The notes under the pieces were generated by a model, which saw only the letters and a program-made list of their open reading frames with translations, ran no database searches and was not told where the DNA came from. A program made the translations under genes and the position numbers. Positions 8,628 through 17,984 of a stretch of 37,829 nucleotides of DNA are shown here, piece by piece. Origin of the DNA: a virus; IMG/VR virus record IMGVR_UViG_3300045988_168478, positions 1 to 37,829 of that record; one strand, given 5' to 3'. Every line of letters starts with the position of its first letter. Position 1 is the stretch's first letter.

Positions 8628-8955
8628 TTTTTGCGTCCAACCGACCAACCGTCCAACCAACGGCAAAATACTGCTGATTATCAAGCAGTTACATGTCGGT
8701 TGGTAGTGAAATCCCTATTTCCAACCGTCCAACCAACCGCAATTTAGCAAAAATAAATCCACGTTGAGCAGACTCGGAAACCAACCGTTGGAATCCTATT
8801 TCCAACCGAGACCAACGGAATAAGGATAGCAACCAACCATTTCCAACCATACCAACACACCATATTATTACTACTAAACCACTCATTACTAACTACTTAT
8901 ATCAATATGTCGGTTTTGAAATGTTTTGCGTGGTTGGACGGTTGGACGGTTGGTC
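8628..8955. repeat. Putative origin of replication: at least 12 degenerate CCAACC(G) iterons in both orientations, bracketed by two roughly 30-bp inverted blocks
   Basis: Left block gcgtccaaccgaccaaccgtccaaccaacgg (8632-8664) is an inverted copy of right block gcgtggttggacggttggacggttggtcgc (8927-8956). Further copies lie between them: ccctatttccaaccgtccaaccaaccgc, ccaaccgttgg, tccaaccgagaccaacgg and caaccaaccatttccaaccataccaac. The array lies directly downstream of the primase-helicase gene. Confidence 0.55.
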
Positions 8956-9118
8956 GCATTTTTCCGTGTCCGTGAATTTCAAAACGCACTTTTATGATTC
9001 TTCTTTTTTTCATTGGGGTGTTCGGGGAAAACGGAAGGGCAGACATCTCACGACGCCCACCCTCCAAATAAACACTTGTCCAATCTGATATATGATTCAT
9101 TTTGATATGTCTTGCTGC

Positions 9119-12100
9119 TCAAAACGGCCTCTCATCGTCCGGATCATCTTCCGGCTCGACATGACGTTCAAAGTCTATGCCCATGAACTGCTGCAGCACC
9201 CCATAGTCGAGAACTATTGCAGAGGTCTGCTTTGAGCGCTTTTCAATTTTGATTACCATGGTAGCGTCAGGATCGAGCTGCGCTCCGGTGTATTTATTAG
9301 TCTCTCCTGGTTCCACCCGTTGCTTGCGCACCTCCTCCTGCCAGATGAACTTCTTGTTGCTCACATCTCCGATATATGCCGGATGCGACTTGAGGTTAAC
9401 AACAAGCGTAGTGAGCGTCAGCGGACGTTCTCCGCCCTGCATGGCCGTAAGATAATGCTTGTGGACATTTGACAGGTTCATATACATCACTTTCTGGCCA
9501 GAAGCCATGGCCTTCACTACACCACCCTTCAGCGTCACCTTGTCCGGTTCGTCGATAGTGAAGTCACGGCCAAGCTTCAGCGTGCCGCGGTCTATGAGGA
9601 AGTCCATCGTATTGAAGAATATCGCCAGCTTGTCACTCTTGGCAATCATCTCGCACTGGTGGCGTACCTTCTTGACGGCAAGGGCAAAGAACTCATTGTA
9701 AGAAAACGGCAAAGGCAGATGCGGGGCATCATTGATAAGCAAGCGGCAGGTGGCAAGGAACATCGAAACGGTGCCGATAATACGCGACTGGTCTCCGCTA
9801 CGTCCGGACATTCCGGCAAGGGCTTCCTGCAGCTCCTTGCGGCAGAGGTCCATATATCCGGTGAATTTGTTCCGGAACAACGGACGGAGCTTCAGAACTT
9901 CGGCAAGCAGATACGACAGTCCCTCCTTCTCGTAACTCTTCAACTCGCGGAATATGCGCTGTGCCTCAATGTCGCCCGTGAAATTATGGGCTGGCACTTC
10001 ACACAGCACGACACGGTTGGAAAGCGCATTGTCATCCCGTTGCGGCGCCTCCTGGCCGAGCAGTATTATCGAGGCGTTCACCTTCGATGTCTCTATGTCA
10101 TTGCCCGTGGCTGCACGTCGCTTCTGCTTTCCATCACCGTCGTAGGTCACGGCCTTCAGCCCCTGAAACTTCTGGTCGGATATCTCCTCGTCATTGTATT
10201 CCTCGAATATGCAGGGAACATCACGGAAACGCTCCAGGACCGAAAAGAAGGCAGCGTCTGATATCTGGTTAAGGTTACTCGATGGAGCCGACGGCACCTC
10301 ATAGAGTGCCCTTATGCTCTGTGCTATCTGTGACTTACCGGAAGATGTCTGTCCGATGAAGAATATCGCCGTGAAGTTTCCTATTATAGGATACAGGTCA
10401 GAGCGGAAACCGCACAGAATGGAGTATATTATCGCCCACTTGCCGTTGTCCTCGATACGGTACACGCGGTTCATCAGGTCGGCCCACTGGGCGAAACTTA
10501 TTTGGCGAGATGTCGGAACATCTATATAGCGCAGCCATTTGTCCTGCTCGAAGAGGTCGCTGTCGCTGCGGTCATAGGCATATATCTCACTATAGGCAGG
10601 AGAATAGAACAGGTCGCCGCCATGTTCCACAAGTCCGAGGTTGTCCACCTTCTTTATCTCATAGCCGTTGTCGGTCTTATGAAATATGGCATTTGACCAG
10701 GCGAAGAAGTCCTCCTTCTGCTGGCCGAACGTGCGGAGCTGGAAGCAGGTCTTGAACTGGTGCGACATCCAAGTCCATATCTTGTCATAGTGCTTCACGC
10801 TGCCGTTCTCGAAATTGTATGCGCCCTCATTGACAAGAGCGGCACGGAACGTAGCCATATTGGCGAAGACCGATGATTTCCATTCCACATATTTTGCTTT
10901 CCTTATCTCCTGCGACATGGAGGAAATCTTCACTATGCGCTTGTTCAGCTCCGGATCCTTGTCGTATACATGCAACAGAGGCGTCATGAAGAAGTCACAC
11001 ACACGGCCGTAGCCGCCACTGTCATTCTTGAACATATAGCATACCGGCTCTCCCTTGCTCTTGGAGAGAAGAGGATAAAAGCCATAGCGCGAAAGCATTT
11101 TCTTATAGGTCTCATTCTGCTCCACATAATCGGGGAGCGTGCTGCCGTCCACATCTTCAACATCGTCGAGTTCCTCACGCTCCACTTCCACCTTGTTGCG
11201 TGAGCGCTTCCTTGTGAGGTATGGTTTCACAATATCCCGCAGTGCTTTCTCTGAAGGCATGCCGAGCTTCTTTGCCCATGCCTTCATGGAACGGGTACGC
11301 GTCACCTCTGACGCTTCAGCCATCATCTCGGCAAGTCTGCCCAGATAGATATCCATGACGGCAGTGGTCAGACTGTCGGACTCTATGACTGAAGAATATA
11401 TGTCCACATACCACTGGATGAAGCCTAAATCAAGATCATCACATTTGATATCAACATTGAAGCCCTGACGAAACAACTCCTTCAGCAGAAGAACCTCGTC
11501 ATTCTCGGTCTTCTCCGTGAAAAAGCTATTGGGAGAATACACTATTACAGAGTTGTCAAGCTGACGCAACTTCTGTATCTCGCTTTCTTCCGGACATCCG
11601 CGGAAGAACACTACAGGGTCGGTCCCGACACAATGCTCAAATTCATCCCAGGAATTGGTAAGTCGGATTCTGTCATTATCCTGGTCGTAAATCTCTTTTG
11701 CCTCGTCGATGCCGCAGAACCCGTCTTTCACCTCTTCCTTTGGCTTTTGTCCTGCCATGGCATGGCGTAGTTTAGGCATCAGTTCGTCCTGGCCAACACC
11801 AATCAGTCGGCTCAGTGTGCGCATATAGTCATTGCGCATCGTGTCCTCTTGGACATGAGATATTGCTGCAGTAATGGTATTCAGTCCGGATTCACGTGCA
11901 GGCTCATCAGCTGCAGTCTTGTAAAGTTTCAGATAGAGATAATCCACAAATCCCATTTCTATCCTCTTTATCTGCTCCCGCAATTCCCCTGTATACATCT
12001 TGGCAAAATCGTCCGGGTCTGCATTCTCCGGCAGCATAACACACCTAACGTTGAATCCATAGTCAAGAAGTTCCGGAATTTGTGATACTGCAGCATGCAC

Positions 12101-13021
12101 ACCAGCCTTGTCATCATCATATACAAGAGTGACGTTCTGCGACAAGTTGTGAAGTTTCTTCACCTGCGTCTTGTCGAGGGCGGAACCACTCTTGCAGAGC
12201 ACATTCTTCACCCCGTTCTGCCAAAAGGATATAACATCAAACTGGCCTTCCACAAGATATACCTTGTTGTATCTCGCTATCTCCTGACGGGCCTGATACA
12301 TGCCAAAGAACACGGTCCCCTTCTTGAACAGAATGGTATCGGGAGAATTCATGTACTTTGCATTGGCCGTACCGGAGATGTCGCGGCCGATGAAACCTAT
12401 GACACGTCCGTAGTTGTCAAGATACGGGAACATCACCCTATGACGGAAATAGTCACATGAAGCCTTGCCGTCCTTTATACAGACAAGACCTGCCTTTTTC
12501 AATATCTCCTCAGAGAAGGAGACTGACAGTTCATCGAGCATCTGTCTGTAAGTGCCGGCAGCTCCCACTCTGAATGCCTTTCTGCTCTCACCATTCATCT
12601 TCCTCGATGATATGTATGCCTCCGCCTTTTCGTCAATATGCCCCTCAAACCATCTCTGCGCTGCATCGAGAACGAGCAGAACGAACTCCCTCTCCTTGTC
12701 TCGGGCGACTTCCTCGGAAGTCTTTTCCTCTTCCTTTATCTCCACATGACATTCACGGGCAAGCATCCGTGCGGCCTCAGGATAAGATATTCCCTCATGT
12801 TTGCTGACAAACCATATCGCATTGCCGTGTTCGCCACAACCAAAACATTTGAATATACCTTTGGCAGCATTTACACACATCGATGCTGTCTTCTCGTTAT
12901 GGAACGGACAGCAGCCGAAATAATTCTGTCCTCGCTTATGCAACGAGACATATCTGGAGACAACGTCAACTATCGACGTGTTGTCTAATATCTTTTGTAT
13001 ATCGTTTTCAGGAATCCTCAT
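9119..13021 (-). CDS. DNA primase / D5-like helicase replication protein (1300 aa)
   Basis: N-terminal DnaG-type CHC2 zinc finger (CCPFHNEKTASMCV...FKCFGCGEHGN), a Toprim-like middle region, and a Walker A motif (GQTSSGKS) in the C-terminal part. Confidence 0.8.
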   Translation of the reverse strand: MRIPENDIQKILDNTSIVDVVSRYVSLHKRGQNYFGCCPFHNEKTASMCVNAAKGIFKCFGCGEHGNAIWFVSKHEGISYPEAARMLARECHVEIKEEEKTSEEVARDKEREFVLLVLDAAQRWFEGHIDEKAEAYISSRKMNGESRKAFRVGAAGTYRQMLDELSVSFSEEILKKAGLVCIKDGKASCDYFRHRVMFPYLDNYGRVIGFIGRDISGTANAKYMNSPDTILFKKGTVFFGMYQARQEIARYNKVYLVEGQFDVISFWQNGVKNVLCKSGSALDKTQVKKLHNLSQNVTLVYDDDKAGVHAAVSQIPELLDYGFNVRCVMLPENADPDDFAKMYTGELREQIKRIEMGFVDYLYLKLYKTAADEPARESGLNTITAAISHVQEDTMRNDYMRTLSRLIGVGQDELMPKLRHAMAGQKPKEEVKDGFCGIDEAKEIYDQDNDRIRLTNSWDEFEHCVGTDPVVFFRGCPEESEIQKLRQLDNSVIVYSPNSFFTEKTENDEVLLLKELFRQGFNVDIKCDDLDLGFIQWYVDIYSSVIESDSLTTAVMDIYLGRLAEMMAEASEVTRTRSMKAWAKKLGMPSEKALRDIVKPYLTRKRSRNKVEVEREELDDVEDVDGSTLPDYVEQNETYKKMLSRYGFYPLLSKSKGEPVCYMFKNDSGGYGRVCDFFMTPLLHVYDKDPELNKRIVKISSMSQEIRKAKYVEWKSSVFANMATFRAALVNEGAYNFENGSVKHYDKIWTWMSHQFKTCFQLRTFGQQKEDFFAWSNAIFHKTDNGYEIKKVDNLGLVEHGGDLFYSPAYSEIYAYDRSDSDLFEQDKWLRYIDVPTSRQISFAQWADLMNRVYRIEDNGKWAIIYSILCGFRSDLYPIIGNFTAIFFIGQTSSGKSQIAQSIRALYEVPSAPSSNLNQISDAAFFSVLERFRDVPCIFEEYNDEEISDQKFQGLKAVTYDGDGKQKRRAATGNDIETSKVNASIILLGQEAPQRDDNALSNRVVLCEVPAHNFTGDIEAQRIFRELKSYEKEGLSYLLAEVLKLRPLFRNKFTGYMDLCRKELQEALAGMSGRSGDQSRIIGTVSMFLATCRLLINDAPHLPLPFSYNEFFALAVKKVRHQCEMIAKSDKLAIFFNTMDFLIDRGTLKLGRDFTIDEPDKVTLKGGVVKAMASGQKVMYMNLSNVHKHYLTAMQGGERPLTLTTLVVNLKSHPAYIGDVSNKKFIWQEEVRKQRVEPGETNKYTGAQLDPDATMVIKIEKRSKQTSAIVLDYGVLQQFMGIDFERHVEPEDDPDDERPF

Positions 13022-13042
13022 ATCAGATTGTTTTTATGTGTT

Positions 13043-13438
13043 TTAGTCAAAAAGTTCCAGTTGCAGAGAAGAAAAGAACTTTAGCAGTTCGTCACGTGAG
13101 CAGTTAAGATGTTTCGCTACGGCAGACATCTCGTCATTCGTCGCCTGACGATAGCCTTGCCATATCTCCTGGAACCGGACCTGATTGATTCCTGTGGAAT
13201 TGTAGAATTCTCTTGTCGGACGGAAGTATGCCACATTGATTTTCGTACCGATTAGTTCACGCATCAGGTTGCGCTTCACCTGCTGCCGACGAGCTATATC
13301 ATGACGGAGCATGTAGAGCACGACCGAGGTCTTCGACCGCCCAAGGGCATCGGCTATATCTTTGGGGACCATGTCCAAGGCATGCTTGGTAACGAACTCC
13401 ACTTCCTTACATGTCCATCTCTTCTTCGTGTCTGCCAT
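13043..13438 (-). CDS. Hypothetical small protein with a putative HTH (131 aa; start at MADTKK)
   Basis: ADALGRSKTSVVLYMLRH looks like a helix-turn-helix. Trimmed to the ATG at 13438 to avoid overlap with the upstream gene. Confidence 0.45.
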   Translation of the reverse strand: MADTKKRWTCKEVEFVTKHALDMVPKDIADALGRSKTSVVLYMLRHDIARRQQVKRNLMRELIGTKINVAYFRPTREFYNSTGINQVRFQEIWQGYRQATNDEMSAVAKHLNCSRDELLKFFSSLQLELFD

Positions 13439-13445
13439 AGTCACA

Positions 13446-13832
13446 TCATCTGAAATATTGCACGATTCCTGAATTGACGAGAAGGGCCTTGAACTCTTGC
13501 ACATATTTCATCTGCACCTCACCAATACACATGTTCTGGCCGACAAGGGAATCAAGCGACTTGCTGACTATAGAATAGGCTGTGTGAGCCGAGAGACCAC
13601 ATTCGCTGATTTTCACATAATTCAAGAACTCGTCAATTCTGTGATATTGCACATCATAATGGAACTGGGCCGATGCAACCATCTTGTCCAGAATATCCAC
13701 AAATCCCACTTTACAACTCGGGAACGGACAAAGAACGATGACGCCATCCTTTGTATCATTCACTATGACATATATCCCATCCTTTTCCAAAAGGAACGGG
13801 TAACCTATATTTTGAACTATCTGATTTTTCAT
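13446..13832 (-). CDS. Hypothetical protein (128 aa)
   Basis: Complete ORF in the early leftward operon. Confidence 0.5.
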   Translation of the reverse strand: MKNQIVQNIGYPFLLEKDGIYVIVNDTKDGVIVLCPFPSCKVGFVDILDKMVASAQFHYDVQYHRIDEFLNYVKISECGLSAHTAYSIVSKSLDSLVGQNMCIGEVQMKYVQEFKALLVNSGIVQYFR

Positions 13833-13872
13833 AATATTTCAAGTGTTTATTCTTAATATCTCAAGTTTTAAA

Positions 13873-14109
13873 CTACTCCCATATTTCCCATATTTCAGAT
13901 TCCAAAACTCCATATTTCAGAAAAATTTGCTCAATTTCCTGCTTGATATAAGCTGGAATATTGGGGTAATCTCTGCGTATTTGATAAAATCTCGCAACAG
14001 AAACGTCACCCAAAGCCTCTATTATTTCAGACTTTACGGCCTTTCCATCGCCTAAAGTCAATTTATCGAACGCTTTTCTGAAGGAATAGTGTATGATTCT
14101 CTTTGCCAT
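13873..14109 (-). CDS. Small Cro-like regulator (78 aa) at the head of the leftward early operon
   Basis: Divergent from the HTH repressor gene. A -7 promoter element at 14157-14165 overlaps an operator-like repeat. Confidence 0.45.
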   Translation of the reverse strand: MAKRIIHYSFRKAFDKLTLGDGKAVKSEIIEALGDVSVARFYQIRRDYPNIPAYIKQEIEQIFLKYGVLESEIWEIWE

Positions 14110-14156
14110 GATTATATTTTTTTGTACATTTATTCAAATTTTCTGTTATATCGTGT

Positions 14157-14165
14157 GCAAATATA
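14157..14165 (-). promoter_or_regulatory. -7 promoter element (TAtaTTTGc) of the leftward early promoter
   Basis: Plus-strand gcaaatata; on the minus strand this abuts operator repeat 1. Confidence 0.4.
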
Positions 14166-14211
14166 CTTGATATTTCAGAAATAATATTATAATAAACTTG
14201 ATATATCAGAA
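14165..14211. promoter_or_regulatory. Two direct operator-like repeats, acttgatatttcagaa (14165-14180) and acttgatatatcagaa (14196-14211), spaced 31 bp apart. The second contains the perfect palindrome tgatatatca.
   Basis: Found in the divergent intergenic switch region between the Cro-like gene and the repressor-like gene. Confidence 0.5.
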
Positions 14212-14232
14212 TTATAAACAATAATTAACGGT

Positions 14233-14646
14233 ATGGCAAAGAAGAACGACGCGGAAAAGTCAAGATCCGTCTACATCAACAGACTTGACGACATAAGAGA
14301 AGCCCTTGGCATCAAGACGGCAGCCACTTTCTGCCAGGAGGCAGGTCTTGACAAGAATCTCCTGTCAAGCAAGCAGAAAGAACTGACCACCAAACACCTT
14401 GTGCCGATTTTGTTGAAGTTTCCCCAAGTAAACCCCTACTATATCATGTTGGGTGTCGGCAAACCCCTGCTTGAGGGATTCGGCAAAGACGACGGCATAG
14501 CTGCAAGGTATATCATCAACGAGCTTCAGAACGTGCAGATGGAGGTGAGGACTCTACTCACGGAGAACACGACATTGAAGTGCAAACTTGCAGAATTGGA
14601 AAAGAAGTCAAATAAGGCCGATAATGCTGACGGCCAACAAGATTAA
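14233..14646 (+). CDS. HTH (XRE-like) transcriptional repressor with a C-terminal coiled coil (137 aa); cI-like
   Basis: HTH segment IREALGIKTAATFCQEAGLDKNLLS and a coiled-coil C-terminus. Divergent from the early operon and co-oriented with the integrase. Confidence 0.55.
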   Translation: MAKKNDAEKSRSVYINRLDDIREALGIKTAATFCQEAGLDKNLLSSKQKELTTKHLVPILLKFPQVNPYYIMLGVGKPLLEGFGKDDGIAARYIINELQNVQMEVRTLLTENTTLKCKLAELEKKSNKADNADGQQD

Positions 14647-14767
14647 ATATGCAAAAATCAGTATTAAATCGGAATCATATTGACAAAAAACCAAGTTGGG
14701 AACTACGTAAACAGGGAATTTCAAGCCCTAAAAGCATAAAAAAGGCTTTCCAGTCATCCCGACAAAA

Positions 14768-14806
14768 CAAGGGTTAAAGTGTTGTCATGCAATATTTTAA
14801 CCCTTG
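14768..14806. other. Imperfect 17-bp inverted repeat (caagggttaaagtgttg ... caatattttaacccttg) upstream of the integrase gene; candidate attP core or integrase-binding site
   Basis: Arms match at 15 of 17 positions around a 5-nt centre (tcatg). Confidence 0.3.
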
Positions 14807-14913
14807 TCGCTTTAAAATCACTCGGAACAAAGTCGGATGGTTTGAAAGTTAAGTTTTGTAATTTTATTGTTTTACGTGGTCCTCAACATCGAAAAAATGT
14901 GGAGGACAAAAAA

Positions 14914-16077
14914 ATGTATCCAAAAGAATCTGAATTCAACGAGTTGAAGGGCTGGACACCACCGGTCTTTCATCAGGCCAAGGAGTGCTATGTTTCGTTC
15001 ACTGCGTTCTGCCCTGAAACAGGAAAGATGAGGAAAAAGAAATTCATGCTTGACAGAATCAAGAGCAAACGCCTGCAGAAACTGAAGGGAAAGCAAATGT
15101 GTCAGCGACTTACAGAAAAGTTGCTCGATGGTTGGAACCCATGGATTGAAGCGGAGAATCCGTCGGAATATACATCATGGGAAGAGGTATGCTACCGATA
15201 CGAGAACTTCATCGACAAGATGGCAAAGGAGAAAGGGTTGCGTCCCGAAACGATAGCGAGCTACACAAGCTATATGAAAGTTCTGAAGGAATGGATTGCC
15301 GACAAGAACGTGCATTATAGCTACCAGTTCAATCGGCGCATTGTCGGCAAGTTTCTTGATTATGTGTTTGTAGACAGGAATGTTTCTCTCCAGACCAGGA
15401 ACAACTATCTGTCCTGGCTGAAGACCTTTTCCAAGTTTCTGCTTGCCCGGTCTTTCGTAAGCAAAGACCCTACAGAGGGCGTTGTATCATTGGTACACAA
15501 GCATCTGAACAAGAACCGCGACTCGCTCTCCGAGACAGACCTTCTGCGGATGAAGGATTTTCTACTGGAGCATAACAAATATTTCCTGCTCGCCACGTAC
15601 ATATTATATTATACGTTCCTGCGCCCTCACGAGATGTCCTGCATAAAGATTGAGGATATAAACATAAGGAAGCAGACTATAAGGGTGTGGGGCGAGAATG
15701 CGAAGAACCACAATGACGCCGTGGTGACAGTACCGAAGAAAATACTGAAGCTGATGATAGAGCTGCACGTGTTCGACCATCCCGGCAGCCATTATCTGTT
15801 CAGCCGCGATTTCAGACCAGGCGAGGAGTACAGAAGCGAGAAATGCTTCAGGGACTATTGGGCAAGAGTGGTGCGGAAGCAACTGGGGTTCTCTGCGCGC
15901 TATAAGTTCTATTCGCTGAAGGATACCGGAATAACGAATATGCTGCGGAAGAATGTGGATACGGTTTCGGTAAGAGACCAGGCACGACATTCGAGCATCG
16001 AGATTACAAACATCTACGTGTCGAAGAGCGACATGAAGGCCAACAAGTCGCTCCTCGACTATGACGATGATTTCTAA
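14914..16077 (+). CDS. int: Tyrosine integrase / site-specific recombinase
   Basis: The C-terminal catalytic region contains LRPHE (Arg), HxxR and ARHSSIEITNIY (catalytic Tyr), the pattern of Bacteroides-type phage integrases. The first in-frame ATG is at 14914. Confidence 0.75.
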   Translation: MYPKESEFNELKGWTPPVFHQAKECYVSFTAFCPETGKMRKKKFMLDRIKSKRLQKLKGKQMCQRLTEKLLDGWNPWIEAENPSEYTSWEEVCYRYENFIDKMAKEKGLRPETIASYTSYMKVLKEWIADKNVHYSYQFNRRIVGKFLDYVFVDRNVSLQTRNNYLSWLKTFSKFLLARSFVSKDPTEGVVSLVHKHLNKNRDSLSETDLLRMKDFLLEHNKYFLLATYILYYTFLRPHEMSCIKIEDINIRKQTIRVWGENAKNHNDAVVTVPKKILKLMIELHVFDHPGSHYLFSRDFRPGEEYRSEKCFRDYWARVVRKQLGFSARYKFYSLKDTGITNMLRKNVDTVSVRDQARHSSIEITNIYVSKSDMKANKSLLDYDDDF

Positions 16078-17984
16078 ACCACAGGATAAAAGGAACCTTC
16101 GATAATATCAGAGAGCTGCCCGTTGACAACTTCATATTTCAGCTGCTGGCAATAGAACTTGCGGTTGCATATATTGAAGATGCGACGGGCATCTCTCAGT
16201 TGGACGCTCCGGAATTTTACGACGTACACTTCTGAGAAATCTACATCAAGTTGGTTTTTCCAATATGTATTATACATACCGTCCGCCCCGTTGAGAGAGA
16301 GGTCGAAATTTCCGTCGATGTCTATGTAATACAGTTTCTGATTTTCCCAGAAACGAGAGCCCGTATACAGATGTGAAGCGGAATATTGCAACAGACGACT
16401 GTTGACACACAATGGAGTTACAGCCGTTTTTCCACCAAGATCCGGTCGGATTCCAAGATAGAAGGCGATGAACATAGTATCAGATACAGACTCCGCTTTT
16501 TCCCCGTCATATATTTTATCCATAACTCCCTGTATATTGTCTTCAGTTGAAGACGCATTGTCTGAATCTGTATTTTCGGCCAAAGGCAGAGGATACATCA
16601 GAATGTCTGCTCCGCCAGTGCTATTCTTAGAACGGAAACACCACACCTGCTCTGCCGGTACCAGATTCAGCTCCATATTATCATTGCTGTTTTCATCTAT
16701 ACGCGGTCCGAACTGATTGATCATCTTCAGCAAGGCATAATTGTCAACGCAACGGGCAAGTACAAATGGGTATTCATATTTGTTTCCGTCAATCAGCCCA
16801 GGGATGAATCTGTATATTGTGTTCTTATTGAAAACATCCTTCACAGCCTGTGGAGTCGTTGAACTATTTTCGAAGCTGGAATCACCGACTATCTTCAAAT
16901 ATATATCATAGAGAGATTCCGTCTGCCAGTCATAAGAAGCATGACCATACATACACCAGACAGTCTGCAATTTGTCCATCAGTTCCGGGTCTATACTTGC
17001 AAATTTATAGAGATTTGTTGAGGGGAATTTATACGAAACATTGCGATAGGCCACATTGTCCGGAGGATCCTGGTCATATTGCTTGTTTATACCTCCTATC
17101 ACATTGTCATATCTTATTGTTTCGGTCTCTGCCGTTTTATAGTAATCGGCAGAGTTCATAATACTCACCTCTTTTGTGAAATTGTCCACGACAAAACAAA
17201 CTGCACAGAGGTTTTCCACCTGCGCAAGGAATTCCTCCACGGTCCAGTTCTCTACCATCCTGTTATAATACAAAGTATCATGAGCATGCACTATGACCAG
17301 ACGCGATAATTCCTTATGGGATGCCAGATAATCATAGGTCAAAGTATATCCCAAAGCAGCCAGCACTTTTCTGACCACTGCCGCAATATAAGGCTGAGGA
17401 CAGAGTCGTGTATTTTTCTTATATCTCATGGAAGCTACATCTTCGGCATATTCAATTTCGTTGCAGATGGTAGAATTGTTATATGTCCCGAATCCGCTGT
17501 GCATCACATTCTCCGGTCTTATTCTGAACGTCACCTTTGCACATACCGGAGTGCAGACATAATCCCATTGCGGATACGAGCCTTGCATGGAGGCGAGTGC
17601 CGTTGCTTCGTCTATCGAGGGGATGCTGCCAAGGTCAAGTTCGTGAAGGCGCTTGTCACTGCCGGCAATGAAATTGAACTCCGAGTTGCCGGCCACAATC
17701 TGGATCTTAACCATCTTTGAGTCTATCTCCAGGATCACTTCCGTACCGCTGATGATAACCCCTTTTTCATAATACAATATAGCAGAGCGGTTTTCCGGTC
17801 TGCTCCCCACATCGATACGGTGCATGCTCTTGTATATCCTGGCATTCTGCGGATCGGCAAGCGATATGTCTATATCGAGCGTATGCTGTCCCTCAGAAGT
17901 GAAGAACGGGTTGCGGTTGTAGAACTCCAGCGACAGGTCTGCTGCAAGGTTCACCCTCTCGCCATCAATCATCAGTTTTATCAT
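16074..17984 (-). CDS. Tail protein downstream of the tape-measure gene (636 aa; distal tail or tail-associated protein)
   Basis: Start overlaps the tape-measure stop (ATGA). Large beta-rich protein. Confidence 0.6.
   Translation of the reverse strand: MIKLMIDGERVNLAADLSLEFYNRNPFFTSEGQHTLDIDISLADPQNARIYKSMHRIDVGSRPENRSAILYYEKGVIISGTEVILEIDSKMVKIQIVAGNSEFNFIAGSDKRLHELDLGSIPSIDEATALASMQGSYPQWDYVCTPVCAKVTFRIRPENVMHSGFGTYNNSTICNEIEYAEDVASMRYKKNTRLCPQPYIAAVVRKVLAALGYTLTYDYLASHKELSRLVIVHAHDTLYYNRMVENWTVEEFLAQVENLCAVCFVVDNFTKEVSIMNSADYYKTAETETIRYDNVIGGINKQYDQDPPDNVAYRNVSYKFPSTNLYKFASIDPELMDKLQTVWCMYGHASYDWQTESLYDIYLKIVGDSSFENSSTTPQAVKDVFNKNTIYRFIPGLIDGNKYEYPFVLARCVDNYALLKMINQFGPRIDENSNDNMELNLVPAEQVWCFRSKNSTGGADILMYPLPLAENTDSDNASSTEDNIQGVMDKIYDGEKAESVSDTMFIAFYLGIRPDLGGKTAVTPLCVNSRLLQYSASHLYTGSRFWENQKLYYIDIDGNFDLSLNGADGMYNTYWKNQLDVDFSEVYVVKFRSVQLRDARRIFNICNRKFYCQQLKYEVVNGQLSDIIEGSFYPVV

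Noticed and set aside
8628-9100. The repeat-rich region downstream of the primase-helicase gene as a possible CRISPR array, or the ORFs at 8689..8886 and 8897..9100 as genes
   Set aside because: The repeats are short (6-8 bp), degenerate, irregularly spaced and present in both orientations, with no constant repeat-spacer periodicity, which fits iterons rather than CRISPR. The small ORFs are composed of the repeat sequence itself.
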